Assembly: GCA_964016885.1 (NCBI GenBank)
Contig: OZ024741.1
Coordinates: 89,590,001 to 89,654,000, forward strand
DNA: 64,000 nt
Reading direction: 5' to 3'
DNA from: Eledone cirrhosa
Lineage: Eukaryota
The notes under the pieces are model-generated. The model was given only the letters and a program-made list of their open reading frames with translations, was not told the origin of the DNA and ran no database searches. The translations under genes and the position numbers were made by a program. This document shows, piece by piece, positions 52,769 to 64,000 of this stretch (position 1 is its first letter; the number at the start of each line of letters is the position of its first letter).

Positions 52769-54590
52769 CTAATGTATTGGTACGCGATGGGGCCCACCCA
52801 CAGCCCCAGCGGACAGAATGGAGAAGGCGTTTCCCCGGATGACGGCAAGGGAGACGCGCTGGAAAAGCCACTCCAACTCGCGGGGCTCACACCTGCGGCT
52901 GGCCAGCTCAGCGCCTATGGTGGTGAGTAAGGAGGTAGCCCTGGGGCCTAGGACACCAGAAGTCTCCACTGCCAGGGGAACGACCGCAAACCTGTCGGAG
53001 AGCGACCGGTATTTGAGGAGTTTGGCCCCCTCAGTCCGAGGTGCAGCAGAACCTGGGTCAGTCGCAGACTGCACCAGGTTGCGGCTGCAGAAAGTGTCGG
53101 TGCAAGTGGCATCCCAGACGAGGGGTTTGCCACCGCGGAACGGGAAGATGGTCATGCCATCTGGCCTTTTGCCGTCCCCTCGACCCAGCCCCATCGGTTC
53201 GAGCTGGGAAGGGAAGCCTGCAGCGTCCAAACCATGCTTAATGACCTCGTTGAGGGCAGCATGGCGTGGATGCGGCCGGCACTGTGGCGACAGGAAAGCG
53301 GGTGGAGGCCGAAAGAGTTCACGGTGGAACCGCAGCGACATTGGTGTGGCTGGCAGATCCGGAGGCCGAGCCTCAGGGAAACGCCGATTCGCAGGCTATG
53401 GTTGTCTAGCTGCGTGCCAGTGGAAAAGCAGGGCAGGGCATGGAGCCAGGTACCACTGTGGGGTTTGGAGGCCGCACGAAAACAAGCATGCGGTGCTGGT
53501 CGAGCTGGCGCGTGAGCCTGTTTGAGGCCAGGCTGCACTGGATGGCATCCCAAGTGCGTTGGGGGGACTTGACGTCAACAGGGGGAGAAGGAGGAGGGAC
53601 GTCTACTGGGCTAAGTCCCAGCCGGTCCCACGTCACATAGGCGGCCTCACGTTCTCTGAACACAGAGGGTTCTGTTGTGTTTTGAAGAACCTTGCTGACG
53701 AGGACGCGGCACGAGGTTACCGACGAAAGATACGCCGGCAAAGCTAGTGAGATCGGGGATCGGAGGCCTAGGCCGCCATACCTGACCGGTAAAGTGGCCT
53801 GTTGCCACCCTATGTCGTCAAACTTGACGTTGCATATCTCCTCGGCTGCTGCTCGGATACAAGTATCGAGGTCAGCGAGGAGAGGTATCTGGGTGTAGCA
53901 TGGAGCGCTGCGGAGTGTATAGAGGAGCTTCGGCATGACGAAGCAGTTCCTCAGCAGAAAGAGAGCTGGGTGGCCGTCAATCAAGCCCAGTCGGCAGCTG
54001 TTGAAGCCTGGACCTGATGGTGGAGCGGATGGCCGGCGGGTGGATCGGTGACCCGAGGATGAGAACATCCTCTTTGGGGGGTCACCTGAACCTGGCGGAG
54101 AATGGACCGCACGCCCAAGACGGAGGCTGCAAAGCTCGCAGTATCGAGGCTGACGTTCACCACCTCCGACTTGGCCGAGTTGACCTGGAGGCCGATTCCC
54201 GCCAGGGCAGGAATCACCGATTGAAGGTCTTGGCAGACCGTCCATACGGGCCCGCCCAACGTAGCATCATCCAGATACCAAACGTTGAGAGGGGCCGTGA
54301 TACTCCGGGCGATGTGGTCAATACAAGTGCGAACAGGAGGGGTCCCAAAGGGTCTCCCTGTTGGACCCCAGTAGCCGAGGGTATGACCGTATCAGCAGCT
54401 AGGAGCATGCTCGGGGTTCCATATGATAGGTAGGCCAGCGGGTAGGCAGCGGGGGCTCGGCTGAGGCAGGCCTCGAGCAGATGATCCCGGCGTAAAGAGT
54501 TAAAGGCATTCCTCATGTCAAGCTTGACAATGAGGTGCCTGGAGTCCCTGGATGCCGGTACCGATGGGCAGCTAGAGAAGAACTGCCTGA
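52769..54590 (-). mobile_element. CRE-clade non-LTR retrotransposon, 5'-truncated and frameshifted (RT + zinc knuckle + restriction-like endonuclease)
   Basis: KLDMRNAFNS, GVQQGDPLGPLLFAL, LPVRYGGLG, SGTWLHALP, CQPHQCRCG..HPLSC, RHAALNE, KRPDG..VWDATC, PLAVETSG, GNA; GC-rich island. Confidence 0.88.
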
Positions 54591-55283
54591 ACCAGTACCA
54601 ACTAACACCATCTCATCTCTCGCTACATTCAAAAATAATCTATCGCTACACCTCTAGTTCTACACCACAAAGCTGTTTATTTTAAAGTGTTCATAATCAT
54701 ATGGGCATGCTTGTCAAGTGCAGATGTCGTCCCTACACAAACCGACTGAAACCACGCCTAGTTCTAAGATACAAAACTATTTATTTTAAAGTGTCTATAA
54801 ATTTATGTAAGAACCTTTGATAAGTTATATTCCAAACACCAGCTTAATAATGAAAAAATTAGTTATGTTACCCAATCTCTTCAAATTTTTGATTATTTTG
54901 AAAATCATAGATAATGTCTTTCATTAGAAATATGGTAACCGAATGATTAATAACTTTTATTAGGTTGAGTGGAAATTCTGTGAAACTTTCCCAGACATGT
55001 CACTCATGTAGGTACTCTTAAACGCTAACCTAACATACTGTGTTTTTGTACACACTTATTGACCCCTCCTCCACTTCATACTCATATTTACTGACCTCGT
55101 TAACCCTTCAACTTAACACTTCTATTACCGTATTTCTAATAGAATACAGTGCCTATTTTGAAAATTTGGAGGAATTTAATAAAATAACTAACCTTTAAGC
55201 TGCTGTTTTAAATATTACTTAACCACAATTTTTAAAACAAGTATTTGTAAACGAACAGTTATCATTATCTATAATGTATCATT

Positions 55284-55457
55284 TGGCAGTATTGGTAGAG
55301 GGTCGGACGCCATGCTTTCCAGTATAGTTACGTCCCTTTATGATCTGAGTTCAAATCCCGCCGAGGTTGACTTTGCCTTTCATCCTTACGGGGTCGATAA
55401 AATAAAGTACCAGTAATGCACTGGGTAATTGCTGGCCTTGTGCCTAAAGTAGAAACA
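55284..55457 (+). mobile_element. tRNA-derived SINE (Meta-domain-like family) with 19-bp TSD
   Basis: TSD ATTATCTATAATGTATCAT at 55264-55282 and 55458-55476. Confidence 0.85.
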
Positions 55458-55634
55458 ATTATCTATAATGTATCATAAAACCAGGGCAGTTTCTGGTGGG
55501 TAACTATCAGCCGTTCTCGAACTTTTTCAATCGTGATTTGAGGCAACACACCACCTCTGTGCATTTGCTAAAAGAGATTCGTTGAGTTTGCTGGCCTTGT
55601 GCCTAAATCAGAAACCATTGTATTTCATATGACA

Positions 55635-56300
55635 AGAATTATGAATGGAGTTCCACTGAAGCAAGTGGAGAAGTTTAAGTATCTCAGGGCCGTGTTCACG
55701 AGTGATGGAAGGCAGGAGGCTGAATTAAGTGCAAGTATTACAGAAGCTGGTGCAGTAATGCGCCAACTTCAGCATTCAGTAATCAGAAGCGGGTGGGCGT
55801 AACAGCCAAACTCGCTATCTTCAATTCGGTATTCGTGCTAACCATTAACTATGGTCATGAATTTTGGGTAATGACCGAAAGAATACGATCGCGAATACAA
55901 GCAGCCGAAATGGGGTTCCTCCGAAGGGTCTTTGGAGTAACGTTACTCGATAGAGTGCGTAGCTCGGAGATTAGAGAGTCGCTCCAGTTTGAGCCACTGC
56001 TCGGAATTGAGAGATCACAGCTCCGATACTATGGGCATGTGGTTAGAATGTCTCAGGAAAGAATTGCTGAACGCATTTAACGGGCAAAAACAACCGACAG
56101 GAGGCCCAGTGGCAGACCCCGAGCAAGATGGTTGGATAACATCCATGTGCTTGGCTGGTCCCACTTGGGGATCCAGCCGGATCAGTTAGAGATGTTTGTT
56201 TCTGACAGGCCCCGCTCGAAGAAGTGATTGAGGATTCTGCCTCCACCACCCTCTCATGAAGAAAAATAAAAAGAAAGAAAGAAGAAAAATAAAGAAGAAG
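55635..56300 (+). mobile_element. 5'-truncated RTE-clade (Rex3/RTE-X-like) LINE, frameshifted
   Basis: LKQVEKFKYL..FTSDGRQE, YGHEFWVMTERIRSRIQAAEMGFLRRV, ERSQLRYYGHVVRM; GAA-rich tail. Confidence 0.8.
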
Positions 56301-58355
56301 ACTTTTTCTGTCACTTGGTTTAACACCTCCAACTGACGCTTCCTTTGGAGCTTTTTATTTTTTTTAACGTGATCCTCTCTGTTACAAGCATTAAGGACTC
56401 TGGTTTGAGGATACATTCCTCCATCCCTCTCACCAATTTTGCAGGCCCTGAAAATGTAATGGGCACTGCCCTTTCCTCCAGACAGTAATAAAATAGGGAA
56501 CAATAGTGTCTATAGGTATCTCTGTCGATTAGTAATGTCCACTACGGGTCCCTGTATTTTCCTGTTAACCTCTTTCGTGACCCTATGTCTAATCAAGTAT
56601 ACTATTTTAATTAATTAATGAAGAATTTTCAGGGATTTGTTAAAGTTATTAATTATTTCATCACTAAGACAGTAACTTAACATATACAAAATTATATTTC
56701 AACTAATTATATATAATTGTATTTCAACTAATTAAAGAAGTTTGAGAAATTTGTTAAAACTATTAATGTTTTCGTTACTGAGGTAGTAACTTAACATATG
56801 GTTCTTATATAAAATTATGCTGGAAGGTTTTAATTGAATAATTACGTCCTGTATCGCATGAAATCACGTTAGCAAGATATTCTTGGAAAGTATGAAATAG
56901 CACTATGGCTGCATCACATTAAATAATTAGTCTTTACTTAAAGTTTACTGCAAAGTTTCATAATGAGCAATGTTAAAAGATTTTAGTTTAAAATAGAGAC
57001 CCTTTAAACTGGGTATGTTTTTTTTTCTTCTTTTTATGAGAAGCAGAACTAGTTTCGGCTGGTATCAAAAGGGTTAAAGGTTAAAGTGAAAGTTAATTGT
57101 AAGCCTCACGCCCCATCCCACTATCTAAAACAATGTACAGTAAAACTATAAACGAGTTTCATCGAAAGTACGCTAACAGTTGGTATTCTAAAAATAGATT
57201 CTTAGTGAGGCGTTTCTATTTTGAAATAAAAGTGGGTGTCTTCACAGCCAATGTGAGTGTGTGTTTCTCTCTTCTATCTCCCTGTAGATGCATTATTACA
57301 TATAAACTGCATGTGTATGAGCATGTGATTTAGTGTGTGCATGCAATGTTTCATACTCTCTCTGTCTGTGAGGCATTTGTAATGACTATTTTAAACATTT
57401 TATGAAGTCATTTAAGTCATCTACAATGCAAATAGTATTTGACGCCAACGTAAGAATACTGCAGGATACATAGGATAAGTGTGATCGTGTATGCCTGTGT
57501 CTTCATGTAAGCTTTATTTATTTCGCTGATGAAGTTTAACCCCTTTTCATACTAATCCAGCCACAACTGGATCTGATTCTATGAAACAATATCATTCATT
57601 TTAAAGAGTTTCTATAAGAACTATACGTCGAGGTACTAACTATCTTAGTAAATGCCTGAAAATTCTTCATTAATTAATTGAAATAAGAGTGTATTTTCAT
57701 TAAAAATGAGGTCAGGAAAGTGCTAATGCATTTATGAGTGTATATGAATATTTTTCTGGGCTTATACATTTATTTGCCTCCACTCTTTCTGTGCCTGCTT
57801 TGGCCGTGCTTGAAAACAGACTTAGAACAGGACGAGTGTCTCTGGAAGTCTGTTTCTGTAATAGAAAAGTGGAGCATTTTCCATATGTACAAGCACACAC
57901 ATATAATATGTGTGTGTGTGTGTGTGTATGTGTATGTATGTGTGTGTGTGTGTGTGGATTCCGAGTAAAATCGGAGTGTGTGTGTGTGTGAATAAAAATA
58001 CAGACTATCTAACGAGTAGATCCCACATTCTGGCAGAAGGAACTGCCTTACGTAAGATGGCCAATTCTGTTATTCTGCTTGTGAAACTGCAGTAATGGAA
58101 TATTTATTGAGTTTTCTAGCTTTAGGTTGCGTAACGAATACTCTATCCCAAGTGTAAGATGGTTGTGAAGTTTTTTTTTTAAATTTTCAACTACTTTACT
58201 GGGATCTATCCGTTGGATTATCTGTATTTTTATTTGAGACTCTCTCTCTCTCTGCAATTTAAAGCGTTAAACTAATATATTTCTTCCATTTACTGTGTCG
58301 TTTGTTTTGTTATTACTTTCACACACACACACACACACATTCCTGTATGTATGTG

Positions 58356-58408
<53 letters not shown>

Positions 58409-58437
58409 GCATCTATGTATGTATCTATCTCTATATA

Positions 58438-58511
58438 CTGGGTGTCCCCCCAAAAATGTATACACACTATTATTAGAACGCTGTTCTAATTTACATTTTT
58501 GGGACACCCTG
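58438..58511. mobile_element. Minimal Tc1/mariner-type MITE (74 bp)
   Basis: TA|CTGGGTGTCCCCCCAAAAATGTA ... TACATTTTTGGGACACCCTG|TA. Confidence 0.7.
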
Positions 58512-58916
58512 TATACACACACACACACACACCTACATTTGAGTGCTTGTAATTATCCGTTTTCTCTGTGTATGAGATGTGTGTGTGTTTACATATCTGT
58601 GAGTATGTGTGATGTATGAGACGTTTGTTATATATATTCGTCATCACAGTGTTTAAATGTATTGAGGGTGAAAGAAGGGGTGTGAAATGTACGGTAAAAG
58701 TTGAAATATGTCAGCGTCTGTTGGAAATTGTGATATAAATACGAGAGAGAAGGAGTGGGGACAGAGAGGGTGAGGGAGAAGTGGATAGAGTGGGGCTAGG
58801 TGATAATCATGGTATCGGGGATAATGAGGTGGGTAAGGTCAACACGAGGAAGGTTGGATAATATATTACTAAATAAAGAAATCATTATATGTGTGTGTGT
58901 GAGCATGCGTACCCAA

Positions 58917-58962
<46 letters not shown>

Positions 58963-59481
58963 CATATACATACAGCAAAGAAACAAATCGGAGTAAGGAT
59001 TTTTTAAATTCACGAAGTGTAATTGATATAGACAGAAGAAATGCGGATAGTTAGAGAAGGTTAGGTAGGTGCAAGGATTGTATGGAAATTTATAGTCATA
59101 GAAAAGAGTTAACAGTTATGAGGGGGATGAAGCATCTGTTGAAAATGTGGACGAAGTCACACATAAACCTCTCCTTTACATAGCTGGTTGGAATTGTTGA
59201 GAAACTGATGACACATTATTATGACGATTTCTAATTTTGGCACAAGGAAAGACATTTTGGGGAGGGGGGGGGGGGTCGATTATATCGACCCCAGTGCTTT
59301 TATCAACCACGGAAAGATGAAAGGCAAAGTTCACCTCAGCGGTTTTGAACTTAGAACTAAGTACTGTAAAGCATTTTGTCCAAATGTTTTACCAATACTG
59401 CCAATCCGCCACCTTCACACTTTATTATAACCATAACTGTTAAATGCTCTAACATAAACACAAAACGATTCCAAACCAATG

Positions 59482-59750
59482 AACACTAACTATGAATTCA
59501 ACACACCTAAACTTAACCTAACCAACAAACACTAACTATGAATTCAACACTCCTAAACTTAACCTAACCAACAAACACTAACTATGAATTCAACACACCT
59601 AAACTTAACCTAACCAACAAACACTAACTATGAATTCAACACTCCTAAACTTAACTTAACCAACAAACACTAACTATGAATTCAACACTCCTAAACTTAA
59701 CCTAACCAACAAACACTAACTATGAATTCAACACACCTAAACTTAACCTA
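59482..59750. repeat. 46-bp tandem repeat, ~6 units
   Basis: AACACTAACTATGAATTCAACACWCCTAAACTTAACCTAACCAACA at 59482, 59528, 59574, 59620, 59666, 59712. Confidence 0.95.
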
Positions 59751-61063
59751 TCCTCCTAAAGACACACCACACTAGATATAAAGTAAAATAAAACTAATGA
59801 CTTTCAGAACTATACCCAAAATATATTATCTATAAATGAGAGATAGGTAGACAGATAGATAAAGGAGAAAGAAAAAGGAACTGTATATGAGAGAGAGAGA
59901 GAGAGAAAGGAGGGGATAGATGTAGAGAAAATAAATGTGGAAATAGAAAGCAGAAGATAGACAAGTGAGATATGAACGAAAAATAATCGGGAAATGGAAG
60001 AGAAGGATTGAAAAGTAAAGGAATGAGAAGAACAACGAGATAAAAGAAAGAGATTATATATATGTAGCGAAAGAAATGTTTTCCAGCGGTGTCTTCTTTT
60101 CCCTTACGGACGCGGACACCAAGTAAGTGTCCCGTGACCTCGCAGAGAAGACAATAGATACCTTCTCCTGATCGTAGGATTTGCTACACCAGTCCTAGGA
60201 AGGAGAACATATTATAGGGTCATCTGTTATCTATTAGTGGAATTACTAGCCGTCATTATAGATAAGCTGTCCTGTGGTTCTAACACTCAGTTCACTGCCA
60301 CTTCGCTTGTACAACCCCTCTGCTGGTACATACTGTCTGACTACAACTTGTCACTTTTCTTTTAAGGGAAAACCCCATGGTAAATAAAACTTCGCTTCAC
60401 CTATATGTATATATATAACATGTATTCTGTTACATATATAGAACACTCATTGTCGAAACCAACAAAGGTCTATTTCTGTTCTTTCCTACTTTATTTTGTT
60501 GACCATAGAAGGATGAAAGGCGAAGATGAGCGCGGCGGAATTTGAACTCAGAACCAAATATCAGAAGATATTTTGTCGGACGCTCTACCAATCCAGATAA
60601 TGACAGCTGGACTTTTTGTTGTTGAGATGTTAGATGATACTTCTTTATATTCTGAGTCGAAGTCCCGCCGAAGTTAACTTTGCCATTCATCCACGTAAGG
60701 TCGATAAAAAAATTACCAGTTTAATACTGAGGTTAATATAATCGACTTACTTTCTTCCCCATATAAATTAGCTGGCCCTGAGCCTAAATTAGAATTAATG
60801 AAAATAAATAAATAAAATACACACACAAAGAACAAATGGTAATGGGAAGTAGTGGTAGCAGGGTGCGTAGGAGTGATAACAATGGAGGCTGGAGCGGATG
60901 TTATTATATAAAATTTTGTACAAAGAAAATAAAAGAAGGAAAAATTCAAAACCAAACAAAATTAAATAAATCTGCAAGGAATAAAAAAGAGAAAACTACC
61001 CGGGATACAAAATTTAAAATAGAATATGGTGAAACCTGTTAGCAATGATTGTCGGGTATAACA

Positions 61064-61157
61064 TCTAGGGTGGTCTAATTTATTTCGTTATAAAGAGGTA
61101 GATGGTTGCCGGCAAACTTCTGCCTCTTTATAACGAAATAAATTAGATCACCCTAGA
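61064..61157. repeat. 94-bp spacer-less near-perfect palindrome
   Basis: Arms symmetric about 61110/61111 (GCC|GGC) with 4 mismatched pairs. Confidence 0.9.
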
Positions 61158-61715
61158 CAAAGAGACAATCCATGCAGTGGAAAATCCCTTCCCCACCTGC
61201 TCTAAAGAAGGCCAAGGTTGTTTCATCTGCAGGGAAGATGATGGCCTCAGTCATGGGGGACACAAAAGGCATTGTGTATATTGACTATCTTCAAAAGGAC
61301 CACACCATCAATGGAACGTACTATACCAACTTGCTGAGGCAGTTACGAGATGCTATCAAGACCAAACACAAAAGAAAACTGACGAAAGAGGTCTTGTTTC
61401 ATCTAGGCAGTGCTCCAACACACAACTTTTAATGGCTGCTGTGCGTGACTGTTGTTTTGACTATCATCTGTTCCCAAACATGAAAAAACCTTTGGCTGGG
61501 AACACGTATCGCAGTGGTGACAAAATCATATCTGCTGTTGATAACTTTTTTTACCAACAGGATGAAAACTTCTTCACCAATGGAACCCAAACACTACAAC
61601 GCCGATGGAGGAAGTGTGCCACCGCAAGGCGGACTGTGTTGAAAAATGAACCTCATTTGGTCACATTCCATGAGAGTATCTTGGTCAGCCTATGAAACTT
61701 TTAGCCGACCCTTGC
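61158..61715 (+). pseudogene. mariner transposase remnant with 3' TIR
   Basis: KRQSMQW, SAGKMMASV, KGIVYIDYL..TING.YY.NLL, DYHLFPNMKK.LAG, RWRKC; ends AACTTTTAGCCGACCCTTG. Confidence 0.85.
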
Positions 61716-62090
61716 ATATACATATATATGTGTGTGTGTGTGTGTGTGTATATGAAGGATTCTTCTAGTAATCAAGCGTTGAACTAATACATATCTTCAT
61801 TGTACTGTATTGTTTGCTTTTTACTTCTCACATACACTCAGTGTATGTGAGTGTTTATTTATAAACATGCAAATGGCAAAGCCAGGGTGTGCCAGTAATA
61901 GTAGTATTTCTATTTATTTCTCATTCTATATAAAATGCAATCTGAAAGTAAGTCAGTAAAACATATGGTAGTTATTTTATAACATGTTGTTCTACGTTCA
62001 TCTCATTATATAATATAATTGTAATGCTGCTCACTCAGCACACCAGCTTTCAGTAGCCGCGGTACATCAGTGTCTACACACACATATATG

Positions 62091-62572
62091 CAGGGTAGGT
62101 GGAAGGAAACTATTTAAAATTGTTAATATCTTTATTAATTATAGGTATATTTTCATAAAATATGTTTTATTTTGAACAGAGTATAGTGCTAACATTCTAA
62201 ATAGATACCAGCGCTGCTCCTCAGGGCCTGTATTCATTTGGGTATATCCTGGACTGACTTTATCAGGAACTCAGGCGGTATGTTAGTCAGTCAGTACATG
62301 ACGAATTCGTTCCAATTGTGTCACAGTTTGGAGTTTTGAGCTACAAACTTCTTCCCTTACCCCCCCCCCCCCCCAGGAAAGAATCGCATGGCGTTAAGTC
62401 AGGGCTTCCTGCTGTTCATTCATGCGGACCTCGGCGACCCAGTCAACTCACGGACAGTGTGTGCAAAATGAGTAAGGGCCTCATCTTGCATGAATATGAA
62501 GTCGTTGATGTTGTCCTAAGTAGGCCAAAAGTTATAAGTAATTTTCAATAGAGATTCTTTCCACTCATCCTG
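62091..62572 (-). mobile_element. Tc1/mariner deletion derivative
   Basis: Degenerate TIRs CAGGGTAGGTGGAA / TTCCACTCATCCTG; minus-strand GRRGPHE*TAGSPDLTPCDSF resembling WPxRSPDLTPCDFFLWG. Confidence 0.7.
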
Positions 62573-63579
62573 TGTGTATATATTATATATACGCATATGC
62601 GCTGGCATACACACGCACACATCTGCTATTGAAACTGTGAAAGCTTAACCGTAGGACAAAAATCCTTTATATATATATATATATATATATAAGGGGCGGT
62701 GGGACTGGAGGGTCCATGCCCCCCACCACCAATAATAATATTTTTCTCCCCAAACTACCAAAACATCTATTTGTATATGCACTACAATTTATGTACATGT
62801 TATGTTTATCGCATATCGAATTTTTTTTTATATCTTGGTTGATATTTGATAATAAAAGCTAAACTAATCACTACAACTAAATGCTTCCACCGCCGCTGTA
62901 TGTATATATAAAATTAAATAAAAATGGCGTAGGCATTACAATACAACGGGAGGAAACATAATAGTAACACTGATGTCGCAGAAAGAACTTTCATACTATA
63001 TATATCTGTATTTTTAACCGTTGGTCAATCAATGATAAACATTGATTGCCAGATAAATTAACTATGGAGATATAAAAGATACAGAAGCGAAAACCAACCC
63101 AAACCAAACAGTGAGTGTGTTCTGTTATCATTTCTGGTAATATTATAACAATATGACCCTCCCCAAGTATAACAATATATATATATATATAAAGATGTAG
63201 ATGCATATGTAACAAATCCATTGATATTCATAAACACACAAATACGTTTCTTTCTGAATCACCTGGACATATTTGAACCACGCATCTGACTGTGTTTGCG
63301 TGCATTTGTGAATGTAAACAACACTAATTTCTTAGTGGAATGGAACTCCGTCGCTTTTGGCCAACTGATTAGCTTTCTCGTGAAATTAACGTGTATGTAT
63401 AGACACATACACAGTTAACATAATTCTTAGGAAGAATCGGCGTGACAGTGTGCGAAGAGGTTGGCCCTTTTCAATAACAGGTACAGTTCATCTGACGGAC
63501 TTTCAGTTTCCGTCTATCCAATTTCAATCAAAAGGTGTGGGTCGACCCGAGGCTATGTGTCTAAGTCGAAAGTCTGTCT

Positions 63580-63850
63580 TAAGCCATTTAAGGCTCGTTA
63601 GACCGGTGCTTATCCCGGTTTCAATAACATGAAGCGACTGAAAATATAAGACTCCCACCCACCAATGGACAGGACGCCAGTCCATCGACGGGTTAAACCC
63701 CTAGCCGTTGTTGGTACTCATTTTCAGCTGAGTATACAGGAACAAAGTGAAATGAAATGTTTTGCCCAAGAACACAACACACGACTCAGCCCAGGAATCG
63801 AACCCACGACATTATGATCGTAAGTCCAACAAACACCCTTACCACTAGTC
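63580..63850 (-). mobile_element. CORE-type tRNA SINE nested in another SINE
   Basis: Minus strand TAGTGGTAAGG..GGTTCGATTCCTGG..GTGTTGTGTTCTTGGGCAAAACATTT; flanked by two halves of a different SINE. Confidence 0.65.
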
Positions 63851-64000
63851 TATGAGACTAATAAACAATAATTGCCCAAAATGTCACCCAGAGGGATCGA
63901 ACCTCAGACCTAATGATTGCGAAGAATTTCTTAACCATTCGACCCTGCTATGTCCATTTTTAGTGGAATGTCTTTTTTTTTTTTTTCTAAATGAATGATG

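Noticed and set aside
52818-54433. Plus-strand ORFs across the CRE element (and antisense ORFs over the RTEs)
   Set aside because: Shadow frames of GC-rich coding sequence on the opposite strand
60063-60420. Solo LTR (TG...CA with AATAAA)
   Set aside because: No clean TSD, no second copy or internal domain; insufficient support

Overview
AT-rich, microsatellite- and transposon-dense eukaryotic genomic DNA. The SINE/LINE repertoire suggests a mollusc, most likely an octopus; this is inference. One complete host gene is recoverable on the minus strand: an LHFPL2-like tetraspan membrane protein with three coding exons (48299-48740, 35647-35760, 24154-24296; 699 nt). A probable terminal exon of an unidentified convergent gene lies at 1676-1894 (+). 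Mobile elements include a full-length young RTE/BovB-type LINE (APE-RT plus three C2H2 fingers) with a near-identical 5'-truncated tandem copy inside the last LHFPL2 intron, and a second RTE family with a PHD-like finger. There are also CRE-like, R4/Dong-like, CR1/L2-like and Rex3-like LINE relics, Merlin, Tc1/mariner, hAT, piggyBac-like and Helitron derivatives, CORE- and Meta-type tRNA SINEs, and 66-, 38- and 46-bp tandem arrays. Most notable observations: (1) a tandemly repeated pseudoknot-plus-hairpin RNA motif with pistol-ribozyme-like topology in RTE 3' UTRs and SINE tails, which also seems to have seeded the 66-bp satellite; (2) strongly A/G-skewed differences between the two young RTE copies, possibly ADAR edits fixed by reverse transcription; (3) recurrent local inverted duplications and (TA)n tracts at retroelement junctions.
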